Below are positions 26,670 through 39,367 of a stretch of 64,000 nucleotides of DNA, one piece after another. A model generated the notes under the pieces. The model ran no database searches. It was not told where the DNA came from and saw only the letters and a program-made list of their open reading frames with translations. The number at the start of each line of letters is the position of its first letter. The stretch's first letter is position 1. Location of the stretch: positions 44,871,486-44,935,485 of the forward strand of contig NC_068992.1 in assembly GCF_001194135.2 (NCBI RefSeq), written 5' to 3'. A program made the translations under genes and the position numbers. The stretch comes from Octopus bimaculoides (lineage: Eukaryota).

Positions 26670-26701
26670 ATGATCAGGTTAAAAAGATGGTCGACATGTG
26701 T
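26670..26701 (+). CDS. Putative 32-nt internal exon, (D)DQVKKMVDMC
   Basis: A ~55-nt polypyrimidine tract ends in ctctcag at 26669, and a canonical donor gtaagt follows at 26702. The frame is open and phase-compatible with 20366-20391. No protein family recognised. Confidence 0.45.
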
Positions 26702-27730
26702 GTAAGTGCCAAAACCACACTCAGGCAACATATTTAAGTTTAATAACAAGGTATACGCTCAACTGGAACGTGCAGCCAACAGTGCAATTCCCGTTGCCTC
26801 ATCTGTAAAGACTGGCTCGACTTCGACAGGTTTCGGATTTAATTCTGTGTCAGTATATGTTTCACCATAAAATTCTATGTATAGTTTAGCAAATCGCTAA
26901 TGAGTATACAGAAATGTAATATAGAGAGCAATCCGCAATGTTTTACCAAAAGCGAAAACTGCAATTGTCACTTTTTTCTCATGCGATATATACTTTTTTG
27001 CCCTGTATTTGGAGTTAAAATCTCTTAGGGTTCAACTTTGACATTCCTTCCACTAAAATGACAAAAGAAGTAGTTGACAGGATTGTGTATTTACTACGGT
27101 TAAGTTCACCTTTGGCCAATTAAAGAATCAATATTAGAAACGTTGCAACTATTTTGTCGCTATGAATAACTATATCCTGTTATGAAGCGATGAATTATTC
27201 ATTTAATAAAAGCACAACAAATTATTAATTTTTATAGAGATGATCTTTATCGTTGTATGAAAACATTTTCTTATTCAAATCGTATAATCTTACAAGTTTG
27301 TCTTCTCTTAGATGTTTTTCAATCATCTGAAGTGATTGAAGGCTAACAGTGAGATACTGTCTCAGTAAAGAATCTATGCCGAATTACAAAGCGTCAGATT
27401 TGCACTAAACGAAGTCATAACAATAACTCTGAATTGCATAGACCATTGGGTCGAAGTTCATAGTTGTATTCAGTGAGATTTAAAGCAGAATACAGACAGA
27501 TGAAAATAAATATTATTAGGCATAAATCCGGTTATTTACAGTTTGTATCACTTTAGCGTCTTCGACATTAGTTGCATGCTGTCAAATTAATGTGACAGTC
27601 CCCTGAAGGGAATAATACTACTGTTGGTTAGACTTAGGAAGCTGCACCACTTCCTGTCGGCCTTGACACATTTCCTGTGTCCTTATGTTTACAATGGGGA
27701 GACAAGCACCTCCACCCAGATAAGTCTGCA

Positions 27731-27773
27731 TCCAGAGACATGTTTCTGAGTCTTTGCTCATCGTCAGTCTGGA
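27731..27773 (-). ncRNA. Minimal type-I hammerhead ribozyme (apparently intact)
   Basis: Minus strand reads UCCAGA-CUGACGA-UGAG(caaaga)CUCA-GAAA-C-AU-G-UC-UCUGGA. This gives a 6-bp stem I, the full CUGANGA/GAAA core, a 4-bp stem II, a minimal stem III with palindromic ACAUGU, and a GUC cleavage triplet (predicted cut between 27737 and 27736). Confidence 0.85.
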
Positions 27774-27933
27774 GTAGCATGACCTGCTAGTCGAAGATGC
27801 CTGTCAAACTCTTGTAAATATATAACAATTCTAGTGAAATACATTCACTGATTTCAAATTTAGAATGTATTTCACTAGAATTATTATGTTTACAAGAGCT
27901 TCACAGGCATCTTCGACTAGCAGGTCATGCTAC

Positions 27934-27976
27934 TCGAGACTGATGACTAGCAAAGACTCAGAAACACGTCTCTGGA
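27934..27976 (+). ncRNA. Degenerate hammerhead ribozyme copy
   Basis: UCGAGA-CUGAUGA-CUAG(caaaga)CUCA-GAAA-C-AC-G-UC-UCUGGA. The core and GUC are intact, but stem II loses two of four pairs and stem I has one mismatch. Confidence 0.6.
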
Positions 27977-30900
27977 TGCAGGCTTAGTTGGGGGGAGGTG
28001 TTTGTCTCCTCCTTGTAAACATAAGGACACAGGAAATGTGTCAAGGCCGACAGGAAGTGGTGCAGCATCCTAGGTCTAACCAACAGTAGTATTATTCCCT
28101 TCAGGGGACTGTCACATTAAGTTGACAGCATACAACTACTTCATCGTATCACTACTGCATAAGTCTCTCTGATAGATTTAGAAATGTATTATTTCTAAAA
28201 GTTTTCGACATTGTTTTAATATTTTAAGTAGTGGCGCTGTTAATCCCCATTTTAATAAGAAGAACGATATTGACGTTCAAACAGAGATACGACATAACTT
28301 TTTATATAGGTCGTAAGAAGATTTAATTCATGTCAACATAATAAACGTAGTACTATTATTGAGTCCCAACAAACCAATTGCAATATTTTGACCATGAGCC
28401 AAGAAAGTTAATATATTGTATACACTTAAACACACCTTCATCTGATGCTTTTAAAAGTATTTCTGCAACTCACTGAGTCAAACATTCATGTAGTATTTTC
28501 AATATAATTATTAGAAAATATTTGTTCCGTCAATAGACTATACATAAGATATCCCTTTATTACTATACATCACATTAAAATAACAAACTTTTAACTGATA
28601 TATCTATTTTCGCTTTTGTTTTAAATATGGCGCCTATCTCACATTAATTACTAGCGACGTAAACAAGAAATGAAACAATATATTTTTATACGTCGCAAAT
28701 TGCTTTGATCTTTATATCCTTGTCATGTGAGCAGCAGTGCATTTAGTGCGATAAGAACAGTGACGTAACTGAATAGATAAAACAAGCGTCCAATTATATT
28801 TTGAATAATGATTCATATGATGCATTCGATAAACCACTTTACTTACTTGATATTTATTTAATCGATTCTGGTAACAATGTGGTTAAAACAGTGCAAATAT
28901 TTTACACTGTTTTTACACAGAAAATATAATGCAGGGTGTGGTTAATTTGTGGAAATATGACAAATAACAAAAAATGTATCCTGGAAATTTTTTGTCAGCC
29001 ACAAACTACAAATTAAGTACACTTGCGGTGTCACTTGATTTCAGACGAGGCAGCTTCGAGCAAGGTGTTGACCACGTCCCTTACGAGTATATAAACCTTA
29101 CCAATTTCTGTTCCTATGTGACAGAAGGAAACGTCTGAAAATCCGGTAAAAAATTACATATTATTAATAATAGAGAGAGATTAAGATGTGTTGGCTTGCG
29201 AATTAATTTCACTAATTGATTAAGAGACGGAAATGTAAATACTTAGGATTTATGTATCTGTACTTTTTGTTCGTATATTAAAAAGGGTTAATTGGCACTT
29301 TAGCTCTAATTGACAGTGGCCATCATTTTGTACAGGAATGTCGACTCCATTAATAATATTTTGTAGGCAACGAGTTGCAAGAAATGTTGGTTCCGAATTT
29401 CCTTTATTATCCGCTATAATTGTGAATATACTTTCTGTTTTGCCAATGAAAAGACGTTATGAAATAATAGAATAATACAGGTTATTCGATTAACCGAAAC
29501 ATTCTTTCCCTTTTCCCCTCTAAGACACTTTTACTGAAACCAATGAAAAAATATAATTAGTCACGATGAGAATCTCCGCAATGTTAATAGAGAAGCTGGT
29601 GTGAATACGCAAGTAGCTTCGAACATTCGGCCATTCAGAAGAAACAGGAGGAAATTGTATGTAATATATATGTTTACCACATCTCCCTTATGTAGGAAAC
29701 GAGATTAACTTTATACTATCAGAGATGTATATGTGGTAACGTATCAGTGTATAATTGATAAGCATCTACCAAACCGAAGCTGCTAAAATCGTAATTTACG
29801 ATGGCATTGTTCATATAATGTCATCAACTTTCATGACATTTGGTATTATATAAGATATTGAAGTGATAGTATCGGCATTTTACTACGTTTGCAATTGTGT
29901 GCTGATAATTCTATAGAAGTGACTTATAAATATGGTTTCATATTAAAAATCTGAAATGCATTAAGATATTGGAGTAATCACTGATACAACGTGTATACAT
30001 TGGGAATATCAAGACCAAACTGAACAATCGTTACACTGTTGTATGGAAATTTATTGACCAAATTAGTATGACTAGGTGGTCAAATGCATTGTAACACGCT
30101 CCTGTCAACGAATGGCTTATTAATTATACGCCTATGAAAACATGTTCATTTAAGTTAAGCCATGGATAAACATATTCACTTAGATTAAGGCAGAATGAAT
30201 GACTTACGCATTGACTGCATATACATAGGCAGACAAGATTATGACTACCAGCTGAATGCTTGTAAGTTTTGTCCGGTGTAAGTTTCGCTGGGTACAAAAA
30301 TGAAAACTATAGACGTGTGACATTAAAATGGTACATCTAAATTCAGTCCTAGTTAATTCGAAAAGTCCAACGGAATTATACTGCGAGACATACACGGTTG
30401 TAAAATGAAGATAGTTTGATTTTTTTTTTATATCAGTTTTTGGCTGAATGGACATTTATATCTCGGTGATCATGGAATACTGGTAATTGCTCTTTTGGAT
30501 TTTGATTTTTAATATTTCAATTTTAATATACTAAATTTTTCACTTGCAAAGCTGCGGTCATGCTGGAGAACCACTGTTGACTGTGCTACACTATTATTTG
30601 GAACCTCCTCTGATATGTGGCATTCGGTCAAAGTTTGATGCTGCTGCTCTCAGTCCTTTTGCTACCAGCATATCATTTCCTTTTTGATGTGGGTTGCTTC
30701 AAGGTGTTCCTTGTATCGACTTCTTGCACAATCTACATATCACATATAGATAGCGCCGTGGAAAAGAAGAAGTATTGATCTTCTCGCCTTCTAAATTGCA
30801 GTTCCGTCTAAATTTTAATAGCTACTGCCACGATATGAATAGTGCAATAATATGTCAGTGGGAAATGGCACGTCTTACACTCAATACATATGTACACACA

Positions 30901-31034
30901 TATGCATGTCTTTGTACTTGAATCTCTCCCTCAAAAGAAGATTGGCGTTGCTTTGTTTACATCTCTGTAACCTAGCGAGTCGGCATAAGAAACCGATAGG
31001 ATAATTACTAGGTCTAAAATTTGTTTTTAAAATA

Positions 31035-31122
31035 ACCATTGGGGTCGATTTCTTTGACTAAATCAGTAAAGGCAGTGCCCCACCATGGCCGCAGTCCAAT
31101 GGCTGAAATAAGTATTAGACAA
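31035..31122 (+). mobile_element. SINE 3' portion
   Basis: ggggtcgatttctttgactaaa...ggcagtgccccaccatggccgcagtccaatggctgaaataagta; same tail as 1-92. Confidence 0.75.
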
Positions 31123-31139
31123 CATTTTATTGTCTATGT

Positions 31140-31146
31140 ACGTATG

Positions 31147-31215
<69 letters not shown>
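31140..31215. repeat. (TATG)n(TATC)n tetranucleotide microsatellite
   Basis: Direct inspection. Confidence 0.95.
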
Positions 31216-34200
31216 CCCCCCCTTTTTCAAGTACCACTTGAAAAGGAGGATGAGGATAGAGAGGAAAGTGTTGTCGAATGAAAGTTTCAATAAAAAATGG
31301 GTAAATGTGGCAAGAATGATAAGAATGAAAGACGACACCATTTTAAGCATAGACTTGTAACNNNNNNNNNNNNNNNNNNNNNNNNNNNNNNNNNNNNNNN
31401 NNNNNNNNNNNNNNNNNNNNNNNNNNNNNNNNNNNNNNNNNNNNNNNNNNNNNNNNNNNNNNNNNNNNNNNNNNNNNNNNNNNNNNNNNNNNNNNNNNNN
31501 NNNNNNNNNNNNNNNNNNNNNNNNNNNNNNNNNNNNNNNNNNNNNNNNNNNNNNNNNNNNNNNNNNNNNNNNNNNNNNNNNNNNNNNNNNNNNNNNNNNN
31601 NNNNNNNNNNNNNNNNNNNNNNNNNNNNNNNNNNNNNNNNNNNNNNNNNNNNNNNNNNNNNNNNNNNNNNNNNNNNNNNNNNNNNNNNNNNNNNNNNNNN
31701 NNNNNNNNNNNNNNNNNNNNNNNNNNNNNNNNNNNNNNNNNNNNNNNNNNNNNNNNNNNNNNNNNNNNNNNNNNNNNNNNNNNNNNNNNNNNNNNNNNNN
31801 NNNNNNNNNNNNNNNNNNATATATAAAACGTATATATATATATATATATGTACACATATATTATAAGGATTCAGTTAGAATCAGTTACTTGAAAAGATAT
31901 GCCCATGTGGTTTCAGTCTATGGTTGGTAAGTATCAAATATGATGTATTCCGGTTGTGTACACAGAGAAAACGAACCCTTATTAACGCCTAGAGGTTGTC
32001 CAATCACGCGTTACTTTTAAAAGTACGTTGTTGGTATATCTAGGGTGTCCGAGAAATCGTAAATCCCTTTGGTGTTTTATAATCAAATAAATATAACATA
32101 CGATGGACATTGAGCTGACAATTAACCATCATATGTTATCATTCATTTGATGATGATATATATATATATATATATTTACACACACAGATGTAGAATGACA
32201 GAACGTGTTGAACTGGATAAATATTGAGTATTAATCATTACAAGTCGCACATTTGTACTTAGATTTATCAATTCGTAGGTATTTGTTCGCAATACTAGTT
32301 CTATTGTTGACATCACAGTTCTTGGAAATGTTGAGTAAACAGATTTGAAATATCAGGTTCTTTTAATTGTCGTAATGTATTGCCATTAACTCAAATGATA
32401 TTTACATGATATTTCTATTCGAAATTATTTTTAGCTTTGAAATTATACATTCCACTGGGAATTATTGGTAAATGAAATATAATTCAAATGCGCAGTAGAC
32501 ATCAGATACAAAACCTTTCATAATTTTTTAGCACAGCAAACATAGTGTGTAAATGCTTGTCTACCAATAAATATCTTCCTCATGACATTGTCATGCACAG
32601 TAGATTCACAGAAATGTTATCGGTTACGTGAGAATTATTATTGATTATATAAATATAATATTACACAGTGTGAATGTTGTGGAATTTCATATTCACGTCG
32701 TAAAAGAAAATAAAGAGATAAGACAGTAAATGAACATTTACCGTAATGTTGTGAATTATATGTATGCTTATGCTGATGTTGAAGAAAATAATTTTTAGTA
32801 TGTTTGAAATTATCAAGTTAAATGAGACACACTTTGATATCAGCTTTAAAAAATTAGTAAACAAGTTAGTTAATTTAGAAGACTAAATATTTTTTATAGT
32901 TCTGGGAAGAGATAATACTTGGAAAATATTTTAAAGTTTAGTCGCCTAATAATAATATTGTAGAATGTTAAATACCATAGAAAATAGATGAAAGAAGTTA
33001 AACAATGTAGAGAATTTAGGGATCGTTCTTTCAATGCCTCTACCGATGTGTCAACCATCTATCTTTTATTCTCTACTCCAACCTACGACAACACCAGCGC
33101 CGCCATTTCTAAGACCACCACCTCTGTCATGAACAGCAAAAAATTGTGTTCTTATCATATAATTATCCTCACTGACACTATTAATATTAACTCTAAATAT
33201 TACCATCATAATCAGAAACATAATCGGTACAAACAGCATCAACACCACCTCACTCATCATTATCATCATCCTCATCATTGCTATCATCATCGAAATCAAA
33301 TGAACCTAATCATCAAAAGAGTGTATATTCTTTACCAATTTCCTTTGTTGCAGCAGTAGGTTAAACAGTTGGTTGTATGATGGTGGAACATAATAATGGA
33401 AAGTGTTATTTACTTTATATCTTAAGGGAATTGGCAATTATTAGCATTTAATTCAGTTACCACTTCTGCCATCACAACAACTCAACTTATAAATGGAATT
33501 ATATCCATTATTTTCTCATGTTCTAAAATGTTTTGTTTTAGCGCTAAACAGTTCAACGTCTAAAGTAGCACAATTCTTGCCATTAGATAAACGAATATTC
33601 ATGCTATATTGTTTCCCAGCTTAATTCAAACCAGAGTTTCATATATTATACATTATTCCCATTACTTATTGGCTAAAAAGAAATTACAGTATTAATTATT
33701 CAAGATAAAACAATCCCCCCTCCTTATATTAGCAAATTCTAATTTAAAAATGAATTGGCAATTACTTCGTCATGCATTAGTTGGCTTTAAAATCATTATT
33801 TGACCTTTGCAGATATCAAGTTTACATACTCGGCTTTAATCACTGTAATCTTTGAAAATGATTCACTTTGAAGAATAAACAGATACACTAACTGAATCTT
33901 TGCTAAAATTAAGAAATAATACAAAAGTAAATCATCAAATTTTCCCCATCAATTAGTTTATCTTTTATTACATATAATGTTACATACATTACAGTCCAAC
34001 ATCTAAACTATATTTGTTAGATATTCATTTTAGACATCCGGAAAATGTCGATAAAATTCATATGTATAAGTATTTCGGAATTTTGTTTAATTTTAGAAAA
34101 TAAATTGAATTTTAATATGGTTGTAGATATTTGTCTTTTGTTAATTTTGCTTTCCTTTTCGAAAAATCTTAATTACATCGTAATTTTGAGAATTAAGAAT

Positions 34201-35544
34201 GTTATTACATGAAATAGTAATTACTGGAGTATTATTTCTAATCTAGACTAATAGGTGCCTCAATGAGTGTAAGTGAGAGGAAACCATTTGTCCAAGAGCT
34301 CGATTTCCTAAAGGAATAAGTGAAATTGCTGCAATAATAATATACTCTTGCCTCAGGTGAATATTGATTTAGTAAATCAATGAACAACGCTATTCAATTG
34401 TAGCCATCTTGCTTTTGTTTCAGGAAAAAAAAAATTGCTTTTCGAGGAAATATTGTTTTCTATTTCTTTTCTGAGATTTTTCTCTTCACACGTTCTAAAC
34501 TTTGGGTTCGTTTTCCATCAATGCTTGAAAGCTCATTATAAATCCAAATTCACAGTTTTCTCGCTGCAAGATGGTATAGCGAGGATCTAGAAAACGTATT
34601 TGTTTGGGCACTCATTTGCTTAGGTCATTTTGTGTAATCAACAAAGGAAATGATCATCTATTGGTTTCAGAAATGGTTATATCTTAGTGCTATCTCAATC
34701 CCTCTAATACAACATTGTTGTCGCCTTTTTTTATATGTAGCATCTGTATTAACATAACGTTGTTTTTCTGTTGGCTATTATTTATGTAATTTCACCTAAG
34801 CGTATAGAGAATGAGGTTATAGTTCAGTCATATAGGAGATAGTCGAATCATCTTACTTATGATGACCCTTCAATAATGTGATCTGCTTTAATCTTGATTA
34901 TCACATTACAACTAACAGCCAACAAAACCATTGTTAACTATTCCCATAAAATGTTAAGGCTATTTGATGATCACCCAGTATATGCCGAGGTTACTAATGA
35001 TGAGCTGCAAAATATTAAGGGAATATCAAGAAATTATGATCGTTTCAATAATGTTCTTATTTTTCGATATAATTCGAAATGTTATAATATTAACTTATAT
35101 GTGTAAGTCTAACTTATATAATTAACTTATATGTCTAATTATCTAGTAATTTCAGAGATGCAACTTACGTCTTCTGATGAGTTTTAGATTATCATGCAGG
35201 CTTATATAACTTCAATTTGGATTATATTTCAGTTTGGTTAACAGAAATGTGAGAGAGAGATTAGGAAATATGCAGAGAAATTCCACAGCAATACCAATGG
35301 CAGTTAGGTTTAAAAGACTGAAATGCTTTTGATCTTGTAGAGAAATGGGATAAGCTTCAAAGAAATTGTAACGAACAGAATGGGATACACCGAGCCACAA
35401 TCTGAAAAAATTAGTTAAATGTGTTTTGGACAAGTTAATTACGATATTTCAAATATAAAAAATATAATTTACTGACAGCAGTTAATCATAATGGATTCAT
35501 AAATGCAGTTCAGTGGGGTTATTCTGTGATATCAGGGTCAAAAT

Positions 35545-35746
35545 TTTGGCGGAAGGCCAGTAATTCCGGGGTAGGGGTAATTCGATTACATTGACTCCAG
35601 TTCTCAACTGGTACTTATTTTATCAACTCCGAAAGTATGAAAAGCAAAGTCGACCTCGGGAGAAGTGGAACTTAGAACGTAAAGACGAGCGAATTAGCAC
35701 TTAGTTTTTTACCCGGCATTGCTGACGATCTGCCAGCTTGCGGCCT
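35545..35746 (-). mobile_element. tRNA-derived SINE, near full length
   Basis: Reverse complement begins aggccgcaagctggcagatcgtcagc...gttctaagttccacttctcccgaggtcgactttgcttttcatactttcggagttgataaaataagtaccagttg. Confidence 0.85.
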
Positions 35747-36597
35747 AAAGGGTCATTCTATGAGGTTGGAGTGTTAAATATTTATTCGAAGTAATTGATA
35801 AAGCTTAATAATATTTTCTTAGAATTAGAAATTATTATTACAAATTAAAAGACAATAGAATTAAAATACAATCGTTTTGATTGTTTTTTAATAGTATATA
35901 AAACCTTAATTCAAACGTATTTTCTCCGTAGTCTCGACGATAAGCATTCGGTTACTCCATCTAACAAATGCAAACTTGTTATTCCACATTTATATGTAAC
36001 GCATACTCTTAACACATTTTACATGCAGAATTAGCGCGATGAAGATCTATGTTTAAATTATAGCTGCAATACATAACATAAAGAAGGACCCATAAAATTT
36101 ATCCCTTGGCTTTTACTTTCTTTGTCGACCCCAAAATATTGACATACAAAATTTATCCGAAATCAGAGCATTAAGAGATGTAACGCAAAATGCAACGCCT
36201 TCGCAGCTGAAATGACGCAGATAATTAATTCACTATATCGTATTTCACTTGAAGCAGTACTGGGATTTTTTCTAATCAAATTTTCCCTGAATACGCTCTC
36301 AAAAGTTTGCGAAATTACCACCTTCAATATATATGTACGATGTATACATCTTTATTTTCTTGAGTTTTCCCCGTTTTTATTAATTCGTTTTAAAGCATTT
36401 AAATGCAGATTTAATTATTCTGATAATTTCTGACGAATTATCTCAGTAATTTTATTAAGCCATGTTGCCAAACTTTAATATAATAGAAGAGTGGAAATTT
36501 CATTGTTATAGACTTTTTTTCTAATTGATCTTTATGTGACAAGTCAATATACTACGTATGCTCGATACTCATATGATGATAGAAAATAACAATATAT

Positions 36598-36722
36598 AGT
36601 GAGTTCTAAATTCTGCTGAGGTCGACTTTGCCTTTCGGGCACGAAAAAAGTACCTGTTGAACACTGGGGTCGATGTAATCGACTTAGCATCTCCCACAGA
36701 ATTGCTGACCTTGTGCCAAAGT
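36598..36722 (+). mobile_element. tRNA-derived SINE, 5'-truncated
   Basis: gagttctaaattctgctgaggtcgactttgcctttc...ctggggtcgatgtaatcgactta...ccttgtgccaaa. Confidence 0.8.
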
Positions 36723-37024
36723 GTCAAACGAATATTTAGTGATTAGTTATGGTCAACGAGTCAATATAATTCTTAAATCACTTGAACGGGAATATCGTGG
36801 CTATGATTGCAAACAATGTCATGATAACAACGATTATGATACGAATGGAAGAGATGCTAAGGAGTATAATATTGAAAACAGGATGATGATATTAATGATT
36901 TGTGAGTATTATAACGATTATGATTTACAATGACGGTGATGATACGGAAGAAAGGGGTATTTAATCCCGGTGACGCTACTGCTGTTAATAATAATGGAAA
37001 TGACTATATAGATAACTATGATTT

Positions 37025-37108
37025 TAATCGTGACTAACATCATCATCATCATCACTACCACCACCACTACCAGCACCACTACCATCATCATGACCACCAC
37101 GAACATCG

Positions 37109-37156
<48 letters not shown>

Positions 37157-37235
37157 CCACCACCACTACCACTACCACCACCACCAACACCATCATCATC
37201 ATCATCACCGTCGTCGACGTCGTCGTCAACGTCAT
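37025..37235. repeat. (CAT)n/(CAC)n trinucleotide array
   Basis: Direct inspection; explains the poly-M/V and poly-I/T ORFs. Confidence 0.95.
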
Positions 37236-38919
37236 ATTATCACTGTAATTCGATATACTGTGACTGGTTATCATTGAATTCATTGAATCTTGATAATAAA
37301 ACGAACTTGAATTAAATATTTGGATGATTTAGCTTCAGTTCATTAGTTATGATCCTGCTTCAATCTCAGTTAATTAACATTTATTTCAGTCATCCGATTA
37401 GCGAACTGGATTATTCCCTTTCAAGATAAGCACCCACCACTTACCTGAAAATATCAGTAATTCAATGACTTATCTCTGATTTCTAAATATCGCGTCATCA
37501 TTAAAATTGCACCCCTTATGCAATTCTCGGTGAATTAATCCTTATATTTTTCTTGCCAAGTTCTTAATTTCTTCGATACAGGCCCCCTACACAATGCCAA
37601 GCAAGCCATAATTTTTGAACTCATATGAAGAAAAACTGTGTTCAAATTCAAAGCCGGATAAACTTTAATATTTCCTTACTCAAGATTTCAAAACGTCATA
37701 CGAATTTTCTAACTTTTGTGTAGTTTTACGCACTGTACTTGTAAATAAAATGACTGCTGGTTATGCATATTCTGTTAGAAATAATGCAGAAATATTAAAT
37801 TAAATAGACGATAATGCATTGAAGATAAATATTCTATTTCATGATTTTATCATAACTCCAGAAAATATTGCAAAATATCGCATGCCAAAAGTAAAGATGT
37901 CTGATTAAATAATTCACAGGATTAAGTTGATGCCATTACGTTTCGGTTCCAAACTCACTCATGGCAATCCCTATCATTCTCTTTGTGTGTAAAATGAACA
38001 CATAACATAACACTCAAGTCATTTTATTTAATACAGTTGTTTAGTTTCATTATTCGGAGTAGCAGCGTGATCGGGTTTTTTTTATTGCAAACGAGGACTG
38101 AGTTTTAAATCAGAGTATAAAATAGTGTACAGGAACTAGAATTAATAGAAAAGTATATAATAGAAGTCGGGTTCGATAAATATTAAGTGTGTTTTAATGT
38201 TTTCATTGAATACATCACGTCTCATTTATAATTTGTATAAATATAGCGGTGTGACAAATATTTTTACAACCAACTTATACATCATGATCTTAATTTCAGT
38301 TACACTGATGTTAATTAAGTGTTATCTCTCTGACGTCCATGATACAAATACCAGTAACATACTGACGTCTCTTCAGGCGAATATCTGCCACATTCTTTCT
38401 TGTAGAAATTGTTTTTATCAACCTTGCCAATTTAATCCGAGAAGGAGCGAGATTGCATTTGCTTTTTAACTTCGCATAATCTGAAGTCTGTTTTCATTTT
38501 ATTCATCCAGGTTGTAATAGGCAGGGAAATCAGAAAATAATTAGTGACGTGTTAAAATTTAAAAAGACGAAAGATATTTCTTCGTAGAATGCTGGATTTA
38601 ATGATCGAGCATTTTCATAATTTCTGTCATATCTGAACAACTGTTAACTTACCAAGTGTTGAAGTTGCGGTTTAAACACGCCATTCTTTCTTTGTTCTAA
38701 ATTATGCAGATCAACGCGATGTTTTTCTATAGTTATGTTATTCTTGTGTTCTTCAAAGCCTTAAACACTCAGAAATAATATTACTATTACTAATAATAAC
38801 TACAATAACAAAAATAATGTATGCGTATTTATACACATACACGCACACATACAAACACGCGAACACACAAACACATACGAACACAACGACAAACGCACAC
38901 ATATGAACATGCATATATT

Positions 38920-38971
<52 letters not shown>

Positions 38972-39322
38972 CACAAACATATATGTAGAAACACACACAC
39001 ACTGCACATACACACATAAACACACATACAAACATATCATGCAGACAATAGTAGCTTTTTCGACACTGTAAAATTGGTGATTGACACGAATGTAGCAAGC
39101 ATTTTATACATATTTTAACTTACCCACAGGGAACTGAGCATAAAAAGCCGAGTCCTATTCTCTTCTCAGATATGTTAATCACTTTTTCTCTTCGTATCTA
39201 TATTCACATATATTTTAGCAAAGACACGTGTAGATGACCATTTACACAGACGCACGCACGTCACCATCATCTCAAGTAAATATATATATATGCGTACCGA
39301 CAAGACCACAGCTACGTACAAT

Positions 39323-39367
<45 letters not shown>

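Larger units (their letters stand above)
27569..28138. mobile_element. 570-bp foldback: two ~277-bp arms in inverted orientation (PLE pLTR-like or retrozyme-like unit) around a 16-nt loop
   Basis: Left arm 27569-27846 is the reverse complement of right arm 27863-28138, with roughly 20 differences counted by eye (~92% identity). Loop 27847-27862. Each arm holds a hammerhead motif. Confidence 0.9.

Noticed and set aside
34894-35106. ORF containing LFDDHPVYAEV that looks protein-like
   Set aside because: No credible splice sites or recognisable domain.
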